From Takakia lepidozioides (Eukaryota > Plantae > Bryophyta): a stretch of DNA of 64,000 nt. The DNA is taken from the NCBI GenBank assembly GCA_030704615.1, contig CM060734.1, positions 49,724,001-49,788,000 on the forward strand, written 5' to 3'. The notes beneath the pieces are model-generated. The model saw nothing but the letters and a program-made list of their open reading frames with translations. It was not told the DNA's origin and made no database searches. Within the stretch, counting starts at the first letter, position 1; every line of letters begins with the position of its first letter. Shown here in pieces: positions 60,145-64,000 of the stretch. A program made the translations under genes and the position numbers.

Positions 60145-62725
60145 GAGGGAGGGAGAGAGAGAGAAGATATACATGTCATGTCAAGACATGGACAAGACCG
60201 CTAAGGTCATTGTCATTGAAAGACAAAACAGCCCTTTACAGGGCACCATCTAACATTCCCTTTCATGTTTACAATCTCATTTGAATACCCCATTACATTT
60301 CAGGGTCTCTGAAAAAACAGGGTGGGAGGGTGGGATTCCAGGTCAATCATATCATGAAAGCACCATAGTTTGCACCATCATTTCAAAAACTCATTTCAAA
60401 CTCATTTCAAAAACCAGATTGCAGGTTTGGGGATATTTCCCAGAATCAAGCTCATAGCACTTCAAGTTGAAACAGCCAGCCATTCATGCCTTAAGTATTT
60501 GCAAGTAGACACAACACCTTAGCAAAACAAGTTGTGAAAACCAGATTGTAGGTCTTGGGACAGTCCCCAAGACTCATGCTCAAAAACAATTCAAGTTGAG
60601 TTTGAAACAGTCAAACAAATATGCCTTAGCATTTGCTGGTTTACATCATGTTTCCTCTTGCCCTATTGGCATGGTTCAAGACATGGTATATATCATGAGG
60701 CTGCATGCCAACATCCAGGTTTTGAACAAGTCTTCTCCCTAGAGGCTATTGCTGGCCTGAAGGTGACGTTTCAGTGTCGTGTCACAAGCAGGAATCATAA
60801 AACAGAAGCAAGGCAAATTATCCCAAATTTGCCTGCTATCAGCCCTCAAATTCAGACTGCTATGAGAGCCTTAATGAGTGTGTGTGTTCCCTAAACAAGG
60901 CGTACCTGATTGACACAACAGAGTCAAGTTGAGAGGTTTCATTCCAAAGCTAGTTTGGTGATGTATCAATGCCAAACCACAAGCAGTAAACATGAAACCT
61001 ATGCAAGGTTGAGTGTTCCAAAACAGATCTAGGTCTTGAGTGGTATTCTAGAACCTCCAAAGATTTGAGTTAACAAAGAAACTCAGAAGAACCCTGCCTG
61101 CAGCCAGACCTTTAAATTGAGAGTCTTTAAGCCAAGGCAAACAAAATCCAGGTCTTGAGCATTTCACTTCCCTAAGAAACAGTACTGGTTTGAAGTTGAT
61201 GTTTCAGAACCAAGATACAAGCAAGATTCTTAAAAAGGAAGAAGAAACAACAGGGTTGAGCCCCCTTAAGCAGGTATAGGCCTGGAATGGTATTTTAAGG
61301 CATCATAAAATAGCTCTGCCAAGGTGAAAGAGCAGCTCAGAAACCCCTGTTTGTTATCAAGCCATGAAACCAAAATGATATGAGGGCCTTGAAGTATGTG
61401 TGTTATCTATCAAAGCCTATCATTTTGATCCATCAAAGTCATACCAAGAAGTTTCATTTCAGAGCCAAGTATCAAAGCAGTCAGAGTAATAACTGCTATT
61501 TTGTACCCTTGTACCCTTCATAGCTTAACTCCTACACATGCAAATGTGGTTGTAAAAAACCATAAACAGGGGTAAGGAGAGAAGCAGATCCTCATTGGAG
61601 CCATCTTGGAGCAGGTCTGAAGCGGCTTAGTGGCACTTTTAAACAGCAAATGGCATCAGCAGCTTAGGTAGCAGCAGTATCCACATTTGCAAGAATAGGA
61701 ACTGCAAGCTTCAAGAAATCAAGACAAGTGAAGACCCTCACCTGTGCCCGTCCCAAAACCACCACATAGCGATGTGTGTTAGTGAGGATGCAGCAGGTGA
61801 GTGGCAGGTCTTCACAGTTGCTATCCATGTCAGTGTTGAATTTTAAGCATGTACAGATCACAATTCAAGCAAGGGTAAACTCAAAAAACCTTGAGTGTTT
61901 GTGGTATGCCCTGCGCCATGGCGTCCAACAGATCGTCTCCAACAGAACGCAATCAAAGTAGAAGCGTTCACAGATAGAGAATGGTTCATACAAAAAGAGC
62001 AACATGTAATCTGTAGATAAATATGGATAGAGTACTTCCCAACGAGGAGTAAAAGCGCCACTGCAAAATAAATAACCATGAGTTTCTGAGCAAAACGATC
62101 ATTGCTTTGTCGTCTGCCAGAGAGGAATCTGCCTAATCGCCAATGCGCATCCCAAGAGCCAGCCATCACGAGTACCATGTAGCAGCAGGGGAGCAGGTTT
62201 ATGCGGCGCATCATCAAGGTTCACTGAAGCACGAGTTCAGTGCTGTGAAATGTGTCGGCGTGCTTAGGGCATAACTTCCCGATTTCTCATCCAGGGTGGA
62301 TGAAAAATCACATTTTATCAAGAGAAGCACTTTGTCAATGGATGACATCCAATAAAAAGGTATCTTTTAGGGTTATGGTATAGGCTTAGGTTTAATAACT
62401 GCCATCATTTATGATGGTAGTTTTATTATCTCTTGGATTTTAAAATAGGTAACCATTATTCATGTAGTTCATCCAGTTTAGATGAAAGAAATAGATGGTA
62501 AACCAAGCTTTATGTACATTAAGTTTCATCATCCTATAATAATATCATCCAGATTTGGATGAAAAAGGTTGGGATGAAAAACTAAATAACCTCAAAAGGT
62601 TAAGGCCAGATGAAATCCAAAGAGTTATAGAGGGAGAGGGAGAGGGAGAGAGAGGGAGAGAGAGAGGGAGAGATCAGGAAACCAAAAAAAAAAAATGGGG
62701 GGGGGGGGAGGGGAGTGACTGAGCC
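60145..62725 (-). repeat. Array unit E
   Basis: Tail 60165-60340, hairpin 61728-61815, ATG 61919, head 62280-62630. Confidence 0.75.
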
Positions 62726-63081
62726 CGTGCTGCTCAGCAGCTGGTGGTGGTGCTCAGTCACTTCCCCCCCCCCCACTTTCTCTTTGTTGCCCCCTCTCGA
62801 GACCCCGAGCACTTGCTGCTTTCAGCCCCCGACATGCATGGTTTTTTTTGTTTTTGATCTGGAATGTTCCTAATGAGGCCAACTTGTGGGTTTGCATGAC
62901 AGGTGCCAGCTTATGGGGAAAGAGAAGAAGTCCCCCGCCCCAAAGAAAGGGGTGGACAATCCATTTGCTCTACCGGCACGTGTGACGCACCAGGGCGTCT
63001 CACGGCTAACCAGCCCTGTCGACAGCCGCAGCCGGAGGGCTCGTCTGCCCCCGAGGCCAGTTCCCCCCTCTTGTCCACATC

Positions 63082-63723
63082 TTGGATGCGCCAGAGGCCG
63101 GCTCAGCCAGCTCTCCTATTCGGGAGGTTGTTGCTGAGCCGGATGCTCAGTTGAGCACACCCCCGGCCATCAAGACGGGTGAAATGTACCTTGGCAAGCA
63201 CATCACCCGTTCGGGGGCCCGATATGGGCACCTTTTGGATGTCACCCCCATAGCGACCCCTTCCTCCGCAGCAAAGGCTGCACTTGCCAAGGCCCAACGT
63301 CAGGTTCAAGGGCCTTTGAAAGCCTCCATTGCCAGCCCATTGTTGTCGATGAGGGAGGAGGAGACGAGGAGGGCCAATGAAGTGGCCAAGATAACGAAGT
63401 GCCTCGAAGAAGTCAAGCCGGGTGAGGGCTTCTACCCTGATACGCATTTGGGGGCCGGGGGAGAGGAGGAGGTATGGGCCGGTTCGGAGCAGCCTAGCCG
63501 ATCAGCGACACCGCCCCCTGAGCCTGAGTGGTCAGCAAAGAAGGGCCTGGACTACGGGGCGCCGCCGCCAGCTATGCTCCACATCTGGAATCTACTTCCA
63601 GTGGCGCTCCGGGAGGGGATAGAGCGGGCACATCCGGCAACGGGGACTCCTCCCACATCGGGTGACACCAGGGGCGAGTCGGACAAGCTTGCAAAGGTAC
63701 AACTGTCGCACCTTGTTCCATGA
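63082..63723 (+). CDS. Low-complexity Pro/Ala/Glu-rich exon of unknown, probably TE-associated gene (continues past the window)
   Basis: 213-codon open frame with a likely donor AAG|GTAC near 63696 and acceptor TTCAG near 63802. No recognisable domain. Confidence 0.35.
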   Translation: MDAPEAGSASSPIREVVAEPDAQLSTPPAIKTGEMYLGKHITRSGARYGHLLDVTPIATPSSAAKAALAKAQRQVQGPLKASIASPLLSMREEETRRANEVAKITKCLEEVKPGEGFYPDTHLGAGGEEEVWAGSEQPSRSATPPPEPEWSAKKGLDYGAPPPAMLHIWNLLPVALREGIERAHPATGTPPTSGDTRGESDKLAKVQLSHLVP

Positions 63724-64000
63724 TTTATCCTTTCCTTTGCATGCATGATTTTCTTTGTTGTTTGTTTCTTTTTTTGAATTTGGAGGGGTTATTTGTCTTC
63801 AGGAGGCAGCAACATGGCTGGCCTCATTGGTGCAATCCAATGGGGTTGCCAATGAGGGAGAGCACGTGGTGTTAATGAAGGACCCGAACACCAAAGGTAA
63901 GAAGAAGAGGCCTCGATCTCCCGAGATCCCTTTTACCATCAATGAAGGGGCTGCCGAGGAGAGAGAGAGAAGGGAGAAGGAGAAGGAGAGAGAGGAAGTA

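Overview
Eukaryotic, land-plant nuclear DNA, probably a non-seed plant such as a bryophyte, lycophyte or fern (inferred from the TE families and genes). It is dominated by nested transposable elements. Only two host genes look intact: a two-exon SRPBCC/START-fold gene (3326-4292, -) and an intronless SPIRAL1-like gene (18193-18576, +). The first 22 kb also holds GDSL and F-box remnants, hAT elements with TSDs, a copia RT fragment and LINE pieces. From about 23 to 64 kb the window appears to be one rearranged CACTA/EnSpm-type complex. Its Tnp2 transposase is split into a + part (33.2-49.7 kb) and an in-frame continuation on the - strand (28911-28255), which suggests an inversion between two inverted LINE fragments. 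The complex also carries a decayed SET-domain gene and a second, DUF7869-like DDD/E transposase. A young, complete 13.4-kb Ty3/gypsy element (TSD GGAGT) sits in a transposase intron. It encodes a single 3530-aa Gag-Pol with about 1530 extra in-frame residues after integrase, plus an upstream ORF that crosses the PBS. From 51 to 63 kb there is an unexplained array of five ~2-kb units in orientation + - - + -, joined head-to-head by G/C-tract palindromes and tail-to-tail by inverted repeats. The units share a short ATG-..PQ(S/T)xK ORF start and a ~90-nt stem-loop with compensatory base changes, and four also keep clustered TCATCC/GGATGA palindromes and a telo-box. All calls are from reading the sequence by eye; no searches were run.
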